From Negaprion brevirostris (taxonomy: Eukaryota), in contig JARDVH010000084.1 in assembly GCA_030324005.1 (NCBI GenBank), forward strand, positions 41,623,208 through 41,687,207: a DNA stretch of 64,000 nt, written 5' to 3'. The translations under genes and the position numbers were made by a program. Under the pieces are notes generated by a model that saw only the letters and a program-made list of their open reading frames with translations, had not been told where the DNA came from and searched no databases. Positions 25,100 through 37,075 of this stretch are shown here, piece after piece; position 1 is the first letter of the stretch; each line of letters begins with the position of its first letter.

Positions 25100-25815
25100 A
25101 ATGTACGACCTTTGGCCCATTTACGAGTTTGTTCAATACAGTTAATAGTGACTCAATCACGATTGCCATTGTGCTGCAAGCTACCTTTTATGTGCTTTAT
25201 TTCTGCATGAAGCTTGCAAAATGAGCAAATAGCTCAGGTCCTGTATGAAAGATCGTAATTAAGGCCAATCTTAAAACGTGTGGAGCAGTATGAATCCCAA
25301 TGTATATATTGAGCAATTAATGTAGGCTTGCGATAGACAGCAGTGGAGAAACCATTAGCAGATTTCTCAGCAAGCATGTTGAAAAAAGGTAGCATGTTAA
25401 ACTGCTCCAAATCACAAGGGTTTGGTGTGCAGGAGGGAGCACATCGTGTGTAAGGAAATCTATGGAAACAGCTGCAGATTCAAAGATCGTGAACGTATCA
25501 TCTATACATTTAAGATAATCAACTGAGCTGATCGCATGGCTCATTTACACTTGCTGAAAAGACATGCATTTATATTTAAGCTGTTATCTGCAACAAAATA
25601 AATCTTATCAAGTCCTGCACCTCTTTTGAATTATCCAGAAACATAGGGAGCCCGTAGATCCTCAATGCTTTCTTCATGGCAATGCCTTGATTGGTCAGAG
25701 TCAGCTTGCCTTTTCACAACTAATGTATTGTGATCATTTGAAATTTAGTTTTCTTGCATTTGTCCTGATGAATGCAAAACGAAAATCTTTGGCAACATGT
25801 CTCTCTTTTCAGCAA
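25100..25815 (-). mobile_element. Penelope-like element RT remnant
   Basis: Minus ORF 25317..25544 has YLKCIDDTFTIF, resembling the PLE RT Y.RYVDDTF motif. Confidence 0.6.
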
Positions 25816-27289
25816 TAAAGGCAGCAGTATCTCTAAGTTTATTTGGTAAAGGTTCAAAATGGAAAAATGAACAAGACTCAAGAAACCCACTTTCAAAAAC
25901 AGTCCTTCCAAACTACAATAAATGAGTTAGTTGCCCCAACGAGCTTGGTCGTAGCATGAGCCTATCCAGATTTAAATCCAAAAATCACAATCAAAGGAAT
26001 CAAATATTCTTGACTACTGTTTGATCTAGGCAGCAATTTATTAGAACTCAGAAGAACTAGATATAAGTAATGTTGATAGATCAAACAGCAGCTTATCTAA
26101 TCATATGTTTTTTGTCCCTCAAACTACTGAATTATTGCTTAGTTACATGTTCCACGAACATTGCCCTGCATCTTGTCAGTAGGTTTTTGGTTAGGGAGGT
26201 CACAGTGCAATGTTTAAGTAAGTTTTAGTTAAAAGTTATGATATAATGAATGTGTTGATAACATTGGCTGCATGGTAACACACTGTAAATAATATTTTCC
26301 TGGAACAATATCTACATTATTTTTCATTGAAGTTATTTGTATGTCTATTTGTGAGGTTAAAGAAAGTCAAAAGTATGCACAATATATGTGGTCACACTGA
26401 TACANNNNNNNNNNGCTTTTTGACTTCAAAAACGTAGTTTAGTCCAGCTTGTTAATGTCTTCATGTTGTAAGTACTAGTTTTAAGAGTTGCAGTTTTAAA
26501 ATATAAGATTAATAAATGATCATTTTTGTACAGTAATAATGTAGTTCCTCCAATATGGTTCATCTTTTTATCAGGCCACAATAACTGCCAATGGACAATG
26601 TTTATTTTCTGTATATATTGTCCTTCCTGTACGGTGATCTGTAAACTCAAAAAATAAGATGAGTGAATTAAAAAAGTTTGATCATTTTTATACTGTTGAT
26701 ATTAAGTTTTGTTTATAGTACAATTAGGAATCTTGATGGTTTGGAAGATGTTGGAGCCAGGTATTTTGTAGCATGCCCAGCGACTTAAACCTTTTCCTAA
26801 CACCCTTAAGCCCAAAACGTTTTGATCTTTACTGACAATTACAGTATCAAGGAATGAGACTGTAATCTGTAACTGTTCACTCTCGGGGCCAAAGAGGGTG
26901 ATTGTAAGTCATTAACAATAATTCATTATTACAAAATTAAAAAGGTACTTAATAATGAGGTAACATTCTGTGGTGAGTTTAAAGGGCAATTAATGTGCAA
27001 ATGCAACAGCATCAGGAAAATCACAGGTGAAATATGAGATGCTGCTTCCACAACTTAACAGCTGAGTGGTGCAAATCACCCAACAAATTGTGGCTATTTG
27101 CAATTCTTGGGGTATATATTCCAAGTTTATTGGACGATTTGCACCACTCCATTGTTTACTCTGTGCTGAGATTAATTTTTCAGCAATATCAGGACTGNNN
27201 NNNNNNNNNNNNNNNNNNNNNNNNNNNNNNNNNAGTAACATTGTTCTACAATGCCAAAGCCAAGGAAAAACTCAAGCAAGATATCAAAA

Positions 27290-27408
27290 TCCTTTGGTGA
27301 TTTACTTATCGCTGCATGTGGGATCTTGAGGTGTGCAAATTGGCTGTGAAGCACTTTAGGATTTATCCTGGGGTCATGAAAGCTAGGCATATATAAATGC
27401 AGTTTTTT
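27290..27408 (+). mobile_element. DeuSINE (SacSINE1/AmnSINE1-like) 3' fragment
   Basis: gtgggatcttg..gtgtgcaaattggctg and tgaagcactttagga...tatataaatgcag tail. Confidence 0.6.
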
Positions 27409-27514
27409 TTAAAATTACACAATGTAGGTGAAGGGAATACAATATAAAGGAAAAAGAATGAGGAAATGGTTGACATCAGTCTTTTCATCCATTTTCTATC
27501 TGGAATGGGTACTC

Positions 27515-27825
27515 ATAGAATCCTACGGTGTCGAAGGAGGCTATTTGGCCTATTGAGTCTGCATCAACCACAATCCCACCCAGGCCTTATCTTCATAATC
27601 CCATGCATTTATCCTAGCTAGTCCCCCTGACATGAAGGGGTAATTTAGCATGGCCAATTCACCCAACCTGCACATCTTTGGACTGAGAGGGGAAACTGGA
27701 GCACCCAGGGGAAACCTATGCAGACACGGGGAGCAAACTCCAGACAGACTCCAAGTCGAGAGCCGAACCCGGGTCCCTGGCGCTGAGAGGCAGCAGTGCT
27801 AGCCACTTGCCTGTGTGCCACCCCT
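27515..27825 (-). mobile_element. HE1/V-type SINE
   Basis: Collinear with 7048-7370. Confidence 0.85.
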
Positions 27826-28287
27826 ACTTTCAAAATAAATTAAGGCAAAACATGCCATTCCTTTGTGATTTTCAGAGCATCTTTTAAATTGTAGAATTTA
27901 AAGCTATGATAAAGAAATAAAGTACCATGCCCCATTCATGTATGAGTAATTGCCAAGGGATAAAATAGAACTTGGGTATTATCATTTTAAGCAAGAACAT
28001 TTTTAAAATAACCGCTGAAATATTCACAACTATTATCAGGTGTGCTAATGTTCCTTATTTGGGAATGGCAGTCACTCATTTTGGGTTAAAAATGCAATTT
28101 GTTTAAATGTTGTTCATCCACAAAAGAAAATATAGCTTCATGATTAAATAAAGCTTTAATATGGCTCCAAGTCTCAACATTTGTTTAGTCCTAAAAGCCA
28201 ACTGATTTAACACTGAAAAAAAATAAAATCACAATGAAAATGGCAAAGGAGACCATTCATCCTACTGCGGCAATACTAGCTCTTCAA

Positions 28288-28520
28288 AGGGTTAGTACTG
28301 CTGCCTCACAGCATCAGAACCTGGGTTCAATTCCTGGTTTGGCTGTCAGTATGGAGTCCCTCCATATTTACATGGGTTTCCTCCCACAGTCTGAAAGTCG
28401 TCCTAGTTAGGTGCTAAATTCTCACTGAGGGTGCCCGAACAGGTGCCGGAGTGTGGTCACTAGGGGATTTTCACAGTAACTTCATCACAGTGTTAATGTA
28501 AGCCTATATGTGACAAAAAA
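28288..28520 (+). mobile_element. tRNA-derived V-type SINE
   Basis: ggttagtactgctgcctcacagc...gggttcaattcc head and cacagtaacttc...gtaagcc tail. Confidence 0.8.
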
Positions 28521-28619
28521 AAGTTAAAAAACCCTTTCATTTCCCCATTGAGTTGCCAAAATGTCCTGACATCCTCAATAGGAAAGTAAAATTTAAGAAA
28601 TACTGAATTAAAATTAGAC

Positions 28620-28760
28620 TTTAGCGCACAGCTGGAGTTTCTATGCTGCGAGCCTGGGCCGGTTGGTCCGGCGATTACGGGCGGTCGGGGCCAATTAGTG
28701 AGACACCGGGGCTTTGGCGGGTCCCTCACTTCCTGTCATCCGGGTGGAGCTGAGTGAACC
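28620..28760 (+). promoter_or_regulatory. Probable OMA1 TATA-less CpG-rich promoter
   Basis: Local CpG/GC enrichment in an AT-rich background; GC box GGGCGG 28679-28684, CCAAT 28691-28695, ETS-like CACTTCCTGT 28727-28736. Confidence 0.7.
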
Positions 28761-28901
28761 TGTGTGGAGTTGGAAGTAGGACAGCGGCTTGGGACTGGGC
28801 TCCCTGTTGTTGAGCGGAGGGGACAGAGCTGCTGGTTATCTCACACACCCCTCTGTCGGAGAGCTTTGGGCCGGGAACCACAGCCGGAGTAAAGGACAAA
28901 G
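28740..28901 (+). other. OMA1: Probable non-coding first exon of OMA1 (start approximate)
   Basis: GC-rich, no ATG, ends at AAG|gtaatg donor; the first coding exon begins with an acceptor just before its ATG and so needs an upstream exon. Confidence 0.6.
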
Positions 28902-29319
28902 GTAATGGAGGGCCCAGTAGCTGCCGCCAAATTGCGTTGATCATATTTAAAGTTGTGTTTGGGCTCTAACCCCCGCAAGAGTGGGACCCAGAGCAACAAC
29001 TACAACAAAAAAAATCCAAAGCGGCCAACGCTGTGAATGCACGGGCTGCCTATCAGTACCTCGGAAGAGGAAAGGCACGTTGACCTTCAGGAATAAACCT
29101 GTCTTTTTAAAACAACGAGCCTGACACTATCTCAAACTGTCCCAAAGTGGTCCACGGTTTTTTCCCCATTCCTGAACTGACGTTTGAAAGGTAAAGTTTC
29201 TCAATGCTGTTGAGTACATTTCAAGAAGAAAGATACCAGAGAAAGCAATCTTAGAGAAGGTTATTACTTTGAATCTTTTGCCAAATGTTTATCAGCAAAT
29301 TCACGCCTAATGTAAAATA

Positions 29320-29590
29320 TATTTATTAGTCACAAGTAAGCCTACATGAACACTGAAAATCCCCTAGTCTCCACACTCTGGCACCTGTTGGGGTACACCG
29401 ACGGCGAATTTAGCATATCCAGTGCACGTAACCAGCACATCTTTCGGACTGTGGGGGTAAACCAGAGCACCCGGAGGAAACGCATGCAGAGAACATGCAA
29501 ACTCTGCACAGACGATGATCCAAGCCGGAAATTGAACCCAGATCCTTGGCACTGTAAGGCAGCAATACTAACCACTGTGCCATCGTGCTG
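29320..29590 (-). mobile_element. tRNA-derived V-type SINE
   Basis: Reverse-complement head gcacgatggcacagtggttagtattgctgcc, with core and tail present. Confidence 0.85.
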
Positions 29591-29885
29591 CTTGAAAGTG
29601 AAACTAAACTCTTTAGTGAAGTCATGACATTCAGGATACTGTATCTATGAAAAGCTCTATCTCATCAACAGACTGAAAAAAGGAATACAGATAGATATCA
29701 GAATCGCACAGTCAATCCACCCCACAGTTAAGAGATAAACAAGCACTTGGGACCATTCTATCCCAAATTCCGTCACTCACCTACCCTTAGATGCTGATAG
29801 ACCAAAATAGAGCGGGGGAGAACAATGGTCAAAGTTTCAAAATTGCATGGAATACACAACACAGAAACAGGTCCTTTTGCTCAAC

Positions 29886-30065
29886 CTCAATGGGGAAATG
29901 AAAGGATTTTTTTAAGTTTAGTTTTTAGTGTCACAAGTAAGCTTATATTAATACTGCAATGAAGTTACTGTGAAAATCCCCTAGTCGCCATACTCCAGGA
30001 CCTGTTTGGGTACACTGAGGGAGAATTTAGCACGGCCAATGCACCTAACTAGCAGGTTCTTTCAG
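29886..30065 (-). repeat. Inverted copy of 28391-28552 (SINE 3' half plus unique flank)
   Basis: 29886-29905 is the exact reverse complement of 28533-28552, contiguous with the SINE tail. Confidence 0.8.
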
Positions 30066-31515
30066 GCACTGATGATCCTCTCAAACCCCTTTCTATCCTT
30101 TCTCAGTTACTTCTCTTGGCATAAACTTCTGTTCCTTTCTCATGCATATTCTTATACAGTTTCACCTTAAATATGTATAAATTATTTTCCCAACTATCCC
30201 TTGTGGTAGCGTATGGCACATTCTCGGCTGTATGGGTAAAGAGGTTTCTGCTGAATTCCCAATTTGATATCTCGGTGACTATCTTTTACTTCTAATTTTG
30301 TTCTTGAATGTTCAGCTCAGAGATAAGAAAGGTGCCAAAGAGGAAGATATGATACTATATCATATCACATGATATGATATCCCATTGGAAAAAATATGAG
30401 ATATCAAAGATGGAATGGCTAGAATGTGAGTGTATTGAATGATAAGGCACTCAAATTCATACTTGTGTATGACAGGCTGCGGTGACATAAAATGATCATT
30501 CAAACTCAATGTTCAGTTGCCGTTGATCATCAGTTCCATAATTTAGTATGTAGTTAATTTCTAGATATGATTATTGTATTTTTAAAACACAAATCAAGCA
30601 GATGTGTAATTTCAGACACAAACTTATTTGTCTTTCCTATTTCCTGTGTATTCTCATCAGTAGTTGGTGCAACAATATAGTTTCATATTCAGTGACTGCT
30701 TCACTGTACAATATTGGTTAGTGCAGGCAGTCCCTTGCAAATTGCCTCACTCTCTCTCTAAATGGTCCTGTCTCTTCACCTATTAATGCATTTCCTCACC
30801 ATATCATAGTTGTCCTGGTCATCAGCTCATCCCATCATCCTGCTAGGTGTTGCCCTAAGTCCCATTAAAATATTGGGTAGTAAATCTGTCCAACGCTGCC
30901 CTATTCTAAATGGATTTAGCTAGTGCTTTCTTCAATGTTCAATTCATTTTTTCGACCAGACCTGAACTTTGCGGGTGTAGGGAACATGGAAATTTTGTTT
31001 TGTCTCTAACCATTTACATATTTCCTTGGGCACTTGTCCAGAGAAATGTGTACCCTGATCTGAATCCATCTGCAAGATACGCCTAACGGGAAATCACTTC
31101 CTCCAACTTTGTACCACAGTGTAGGAAAAGCTTCTACCCTTTTTTTTTCATTTTTCCTTACCTGAATCCATCTTATGATAATTCTTATTAAGTATCCTTG
31201 TTCTCCTTGACTTTCAAATTGTTTCAACCAGCAATGCCTCTTTTAAATTCTTTCATGATCATATTAAGATTCTCTTAAGATTAATTTTTCTATTATCTTG
31301 ATTTTTCTAAAAGAGCTTTTTCTTATAATTTAGGCCATATTAGCCATTTCATGTCAAAAGGGATTTCTGACTCTAGATCTTGTCTTATTCCTCCTATAGT
31401 TCCAATGTGTCAGGTGATGACCAGGTTATCAATTTCAGTTCTCTTTAACATTTGTAAATTATGTTCCTTCCTCCTAATTTTGTTTTCTATTTTGTCTTAC
31501 ATTTTTACATCTGGA

Positions 31516-32140
31516 ATAGAGTCGCATAGTTTACAGCACAGAAGGAGGCCTATTGTGTCCATGCTAGCTCTCTAGAACAGCAACTTAACTAGTCCCACTC
31601 CCTGCCCTTTACCTGTAGTCCTGTAGCTTTTCTCATCTGGTGGTTATCCAATTCCCATTTGAAAGCTCCAATTGTATCTGTCTCCATCCTTTCATTTACA
31701 GATCCTAACCAGTGCGACATAAAAATGATTTTCCTTTTATTGCAGTAGGTTATTTTGTTAATCGACTTAAAATTAATGTACTCTGGTTCTTCACTCTTCC
31801 CCAATGGGGACAGTTTCTATATATACTCTGTCAAGAACCTTCATGGTTTTGATACTTTATCCAATCTCCTGTCAACATTCTCTTATTGAATGAGAACAAT
31901 GAAGTCCCTCATCCATAGAGCCATTCTCATAAATCTTTTCTTCACACTCTCTAAAGTCTTCACGTCCTTCCTAAATCCGGTGTCCAGAATTGGATGCAAT
32001 ATCCAAGTTGAGGCCGAACCAGTAGATTGTAAAGGTTCTTCAAGACTTCCTTGCTTTTGTACTCCTTTGTCACTGTTTATGAAGCCCAGGATCCTAAATG
32101 CCTTTTTAATTACTTTTTATCCTACCCTGTCACCTTCAAC
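31516..32140 (-). mobile_element. CR1 LINE 3' fragment
   Basis: atagagtcgcatag...cacagaaggaggcc terminus; ETDTIGAFKWELD remnant. Confidence 0.75.
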
Positions 32141-32910
32141 AACCCCTTCCACAATCAGGTACAAGAGTTATTCTTTGCTAGTTTGAAAAGGGATGGAGTA
32201 AGAGTTCTCAATGAACGTCGTCACATCACCACCCTTTTTGTTTTAATCTAACAGGAACACAGCCCAGGACTACTGTTATTTAACCATCTTCCCTTTTGAA
32301 CGTTTTCCTCTGTATCCCAGTCTCAAAGTTTTCCTTTGTTGTTCTGCCAATTGTGTTAGGAATAACTATTTGAACCTGATAGTCAAAATGAATTATGTCA
32401 GTGCTTCTTGTGGTTCTTTTTTTAAGCTTTCAACATGCCCGTAATTAAAACTCAAGGTAAGGTCAATTCCCCAGAAGGATAAACAGCAGTAACAAAACTC
32501 TGTGAACATGCACATAAAACAAACGAAACACATATTCTCAGCTCATAAACTTCAAACTATTAATTTTCAGCTTCCTCTCGCAGTTATACTGTTTTGAAGA
32601 GAGAGAGCACTCCAATCTCTCAATCCTTTGATTAAAATTAAACANNNNNNNNNNNNNNNNNNNNNNNNNNNNNNNNNNNNNNNNNNNNNNNNNNNNNNNN
32701 NNNNNNNNNNNNNNNNNNNNNNNNNNNNNNNNNNNNNNNNNNNNNNNNNNNNNNNNNNNNNNNNNNNNNNNNNNNNNNNNNNNNNNNNNNNNNNNNNNNN
32801 NNNNNNNNNNNNNNNNNNNNNNNNNNNNNNNNNNNNNNNNNNNNNNNNNNNNNNNNNNNNNNNNNNNNNNNNNNNNNNNNNNNNNNNNNNNNNNNNNNNN
32901 NNNNNNNNNN

Positions 32911-32985
32911 ATCTTATTGAATGGCAGGGCAGGCTCAAAGGGCTGGATGGCCTACTCCTGCTCCTATTTCTTATGTTCTTATGTT
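32911..32985 (+). mobile_element. Young CR1 3' end emerging from a gap
   Basis: gggctggatggcctactcctgctcctatttcttatgttcttatg; nearly identical to 44669-44737. Confidence 0.85.
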
Positions 32986-33517
32986 ATATAACTTAAACAC
33001 ATATATCACCATAGACACATAGGTTTCCAGGCGATTACTTTTCTACAGAACCTAAAGGGTTGGAGAATGGACGGAGAAAACCTGCCACGCAATTGTATAA
33101 TTTCACGTAATTTTAAAAGATATCTCTTGATCTATTATTCTTCAGTTTTGCTCAAAGTTAATCTCTTGTCTATCCTTCTTTACACCATTTTCCAATTTCT
33201 GATCTTTGCTACTTAACCAAGTTTGAAAGGAATCTCAACAGTTCATTATTTTTTTAGCTCGGTAGCTTGTTTTGAAAAATTCAAATTGGATTGCTGCTGG
33301 ACTTTAGCCTTATCTTATGTTTTAAGAACAATTTGGTCTTTCAAACTCAAATGATTTGAGTTCCTCCTGAACAGAAATTCACAGCAGTTTTTACTTTTGT
33401 ATTCTATAATTCTGAAACACAACAGATGCTGTGTTCACTCCCAACAAGTTCTGTCTCGAGAAGTCAGTTATCTCTACTTTAAATTAGAAGGAACCCAACA
33501 GATATAGGAACCTGATG

Positions 33518-34330
33518 TGATTTGATTTGGATTTGATTTATTGTCACATGTATTAACATACAGTGAAAAGTATAGTTTCTTGTGCGCAATACAGACAAAG
33601 CATACCGTTCATAGAGAAGGAAATGAGAAAGTGCAGAATGTAGAGTTACAGTCATAGCTAGGGTGTAAGAAATTGAATTAAAGCATTGTTAGAGAGTTTA
33701 AAAGAGTTACATAAGAACATAAGAAATAGGAGCAGGAGTATGCCATCTAGCATTTTGTGCCTGCCCCGCCATTCAATAAGATCATGGCTGATCTGAAGTG
33801 GATCAGTTCCACTTACCCACCTGCTCCCCATAACCNNNNNNNNNNNNNNNNNNNNNNNNNNNNNNNNNNNNNNNNNNNNNNNNNNNNNNNNNNNNNNNNN
33901 NNNNNNNNNNNNNNNNNNNNNNNNNNNNNNNNNNNCTCTCTACCTCTACCCTATCTAGCCCCTTCATTATCTTGTAAGTCTCTATAAGATCCCCCCTCAG
34001 CCTTCTAAGCTCCAACGGGTACAGGCCCAGTCTATTTAATCTCTCCTCGTAAGCTAACCCCCTCATCTCCGGTATCAGCCTGGTGAACCATCTCTGTACT
34101 CCCTCCAAGGCCAGTATATCCTTTCGCAAATAAGGGGACCAAAACTGCACACAGGACTCCAGTTGCGGCCTCACCAGTGCCCTGTACAGTTGTAGCAAGA
34201 CCTCCCTGTTTTTATATTCTATCCTCCTCGCAATAAACTTTTAGAAGCATAGAAAGAGAGTAAAAGATAAAATTGGAAGATATGTTGGGCACAGCTTGCA
34301 AGAAGTCGCCTCGCTCCAGCACCATGTTTT
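33518..34330 (-). mobile_element. Element with Rex-type tail (33518-33670) interrupted by a young CR1 (33709-34235)
   Basis: Tail is the reverse complement of 14830-14985; the CR1 encodes LYRALVRPQLESCVQFWSPYLRKDILALEGVQRWFTRLIP...RRLRGDLIETYKI. Confidence 0.85.
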
Positions 34331-35210
34331 TCACAGTTTGATAACTATTGCTCAATTTTGCTTATAGTTTAAAACCTTTGGGATGTTGTTTGGGGAGGTT
34401 TTGCTCTGAGGTTAGAAATATAGAGGGTTTGGAACTGGATACATTTAATAACCATCTTGTAGTTGGCCGCTAATATTGTTAACTGTATTGAGTTAATTTC
34501 TTATTGTGTGTTTTATCATGTAACAAATTGTATTTTGTTTAAAATCATGACAGAAGAGTCAGGCATATCCTTCACTGGCTTTCATTATCTTTCTTTGGAT
34601 TATACCAAATTGCAAAATACAATTACGAGCAGGCATTCCAAACTTCCTTTCTGGATTTTGGAATACCCCAACATTTAACATTAGCTGTGCTCTTAACAAA
34701 CTAATGACATGACTATGTAATTTCTGCAGAACTGTTTTCTGAAACTTCAGCACTGCTTTCAATGCTAGCTGATGTCTTCTGAAAGTTAGTAAGGCAAGAT
34801 CCTGCTACTAGTCTGCATTGTATGGAAAAATACATTTTGGAAACATTTGAAAACTACTGGCATCTGTTATAAGTATATTGGATTGGAGACCATGCCTCCA
34901 GAACTTGACAAATCTAAAACACTGCTNNNNNNNNNNCCTAAATACTCAGGTACCTTTACATTGATTGTGTGATGTTGACAGTATGCAGTGAGCAGATCGC
35001 CTCCAGCATCTAACAGCACATTATCTTGGGAGCCCTAGCATTCATGTAACAGAATCTCAACAGTTATAGCTATGAGATTGTTTCACAGCTATTAGCTCCT
35101 GTTTATTGTTATTTTTATATTCGATAGGGGGAAATAAACATACTTTCCTCTTTGTAGTTCTTAATTTCTTAAAAGGTTTGCTTTATCAGTTTTATTTTTG
35201 ATCAGCAGAA

Positions 35211-35725
35211 ATGAAGACAGGACTTTGGCTTCGGGATGCAAGAAAGCATCTATTTACCTGGCGAAACTGCATTTCGCTGCAAAACATCTCAGCACTCTCA
35301 GAAGGCACTCAGACATGGAGAAATTATAAAATAAAAATCCAAAGGTTCACAACATGCAGCAGACATGGCAGTTCAAGTAGATCTTCTCAAGTTTGGCGAA
35401 CCTCTGTTCAACGCAATATGGAATTGGTGCCGTACACCAGATATCATTCAACAATCGGATCTGTTGTACACAAAGCAGGACTTGCATCAAAAAGAGTGCC
35501 AGATATCAAAGCAAACATGTTCTCCAACCTGTCAAACAGAGGCGTTTCTTACAACATCAGATATATGCCTGCTTGTGTTCTGTCAAAGAAACAGTTTATT
35601 GCTGAAGAAATTGCTGACCTATCTAGAGATTTTCACACAACTTCTCGGGTCTTAGCCTTGCCAATCCCTCTCCTCTGGATTCTCCTGAAACCACTGAAAA
35701 AGCTGACAGCAATGCTTCTCGGCAG
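35211..35725 (+). CDS. OMA1: OMA1 first coding exon (presequence/pro-region ...RDFHTTSRVLALPIPLLWILLKPLKKLTAMLLGR)
   Basis: cagcag acceptor at 35203-35208, ATG 35211, GGCAG|gtaaag donor, phase 2; Arg/Ser-rich N-terminus; C-terminal part matches human [34 protein letters not shown]. Confidence 0.92.
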
Positions 35726-36639
35726 GTAAAGCGTTGGCCGTGTACATGTTTGATCAGCTATTGTGCATTCCTAACAATAGCAGAGAATAGTACAGCTTTA
35801 AAAATTTTAATACCACATTTCCGTATTGGTGACTTGGAATTTGATTTCCAAATTTTAAGGAGTACTATTCAATTGTTGGATATATTTGCCTTTACCCTGA
35901 TAATATCATCTAAAGGGTTTCCTCTGTTTCGTCAAATGACTAATTAAGATTCAAAAGGTGAATATTAAATTGTAAATTTTATAATATAGCTTTTACAGTG
36001 ATATAATTTGAGATTCTTGCTGTAACTCACATTGGAAATGTCAAGGTTATTTTCAACAAGTTCCAATTGTATACTAAGAAGTGGGGTTATTTGCAGAATA
36101 CGAATGTGTGAACACAGGGTTTAGCTGCAGTGATGAAGGCAAATAAAGAAAGACAATGTTAGACAGCAAATCTGGAAGTTGTATTTTTTGCTATAGAAGG
36201 TGTTGGTCAGGTTTTTTGCTATGCAAGGCTGTCAGTGGGCATCCCCTTCCCGATGCTGGGTCCCTCAATCAAGCAGTGAATGCATTTAAACACGGGATTC
36301 CCGTGGAATTCCCTGTTGTGATTTGCTTTTTGAGCTCCCCACATGGTGTGTCCCCTGTGCACCGCTGGGTGAATACAGACCAGTGGAATGAGGCACTTAA
36401 GCATTAACTGCCCATTTCAGGGCCCCTATTGATGATGGTGCAAAAGGGCTATCCACAAGCCTTGTGGCCTGGACATGGTCAGGGACTGAGGCAGGAGGCA
36501 GTGGGGTCTCAATCAGCCAACCACAGACATAACTAAATGCCACCTGCCACCAAACATGCCTTCGGGTGGGCATTCAATTCCATCCAAGGTCTCTAATACT
36601 ACTGAACCAGATCATTTCTTCATTTTAATGGCCCCCCAC

Positions 36640-37075
36640 GGGATATATATTTTACACATTTGGCCCCTCCAATTTAGCCCTTTAAGCCCTCGTAGTATTC
36701 TGCTGAATCTGTACAAAACTGTATGTAGCCTGTAGAACTAAAACACCAGTCCTCACTTCTGAATTCCAATCCCTTTGAGATAAAGGCAACATTGTATTAC
36801 CCTGTTTGATTTCTTACTGTACCTAGGTGCTAGTTTTTAATCGTTTGTGCGCATGGACACACATGGACAAAATTTCTTTGCACACTATAGCTCCGAGTCT
36901 TTCACCATTAAGAAATCACGATCATTTGCCTTTCATGAATCCAAATTGGATGACCTCACACTTTGCCATGCTGAACTTTGCCATAGTTTTTCCCCACCCA
37001 CTTAGTTTGATCTTTTATAGCTTTCTGTTTTCATCTACAGAGCTTACTGTAATGCCAACTTAATGCTATCTTTAA
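36640..37075 (-). mobile_element. Degenerate CR1 RT fragment
   Basis: Recognisable CR1 nucleotide blocks (gagataaaggcaacatt, tggatgacctcacacttt). Confidence 0.55.

Larger units (their letters stand above)
21096..26690 (+). other. MYSM1: Putative long MYSM1 3' UTR with distal poly(A) signals
   Basis: Follows the stop; AT-rich; AATAAA at 26511-26516, ATTAAA at 26667-26672 followed by a U/GU-rich tract; earlier AATAAA copies exist, so the end is uncertain. Confidence 0.4.

Noticed and set aside
30346-30380. gatatgata/tatcatatc palindromic patch
   Set aside because: Low-complexity (gatat)n decay with no other support
32567-32996. ORFs over 100 aa spanning N runs (also 2332-2766, 38450-38807, 50623-51119)
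   Set aside because: Artefacts of translating through gaps
33803-34198. 131 aa ORF as a host gene
   Set aside because: It is the C-terminal part of CR1 ORF2 and is lengthened by Ns
35365-35655. 96 aa and 70 aa alternative-frame ORFs overlapping the first OMA1 coding exon
   Set aside because: No recognisable motifs, and other ATGs lie upstream; ORFs of this length occur by chance
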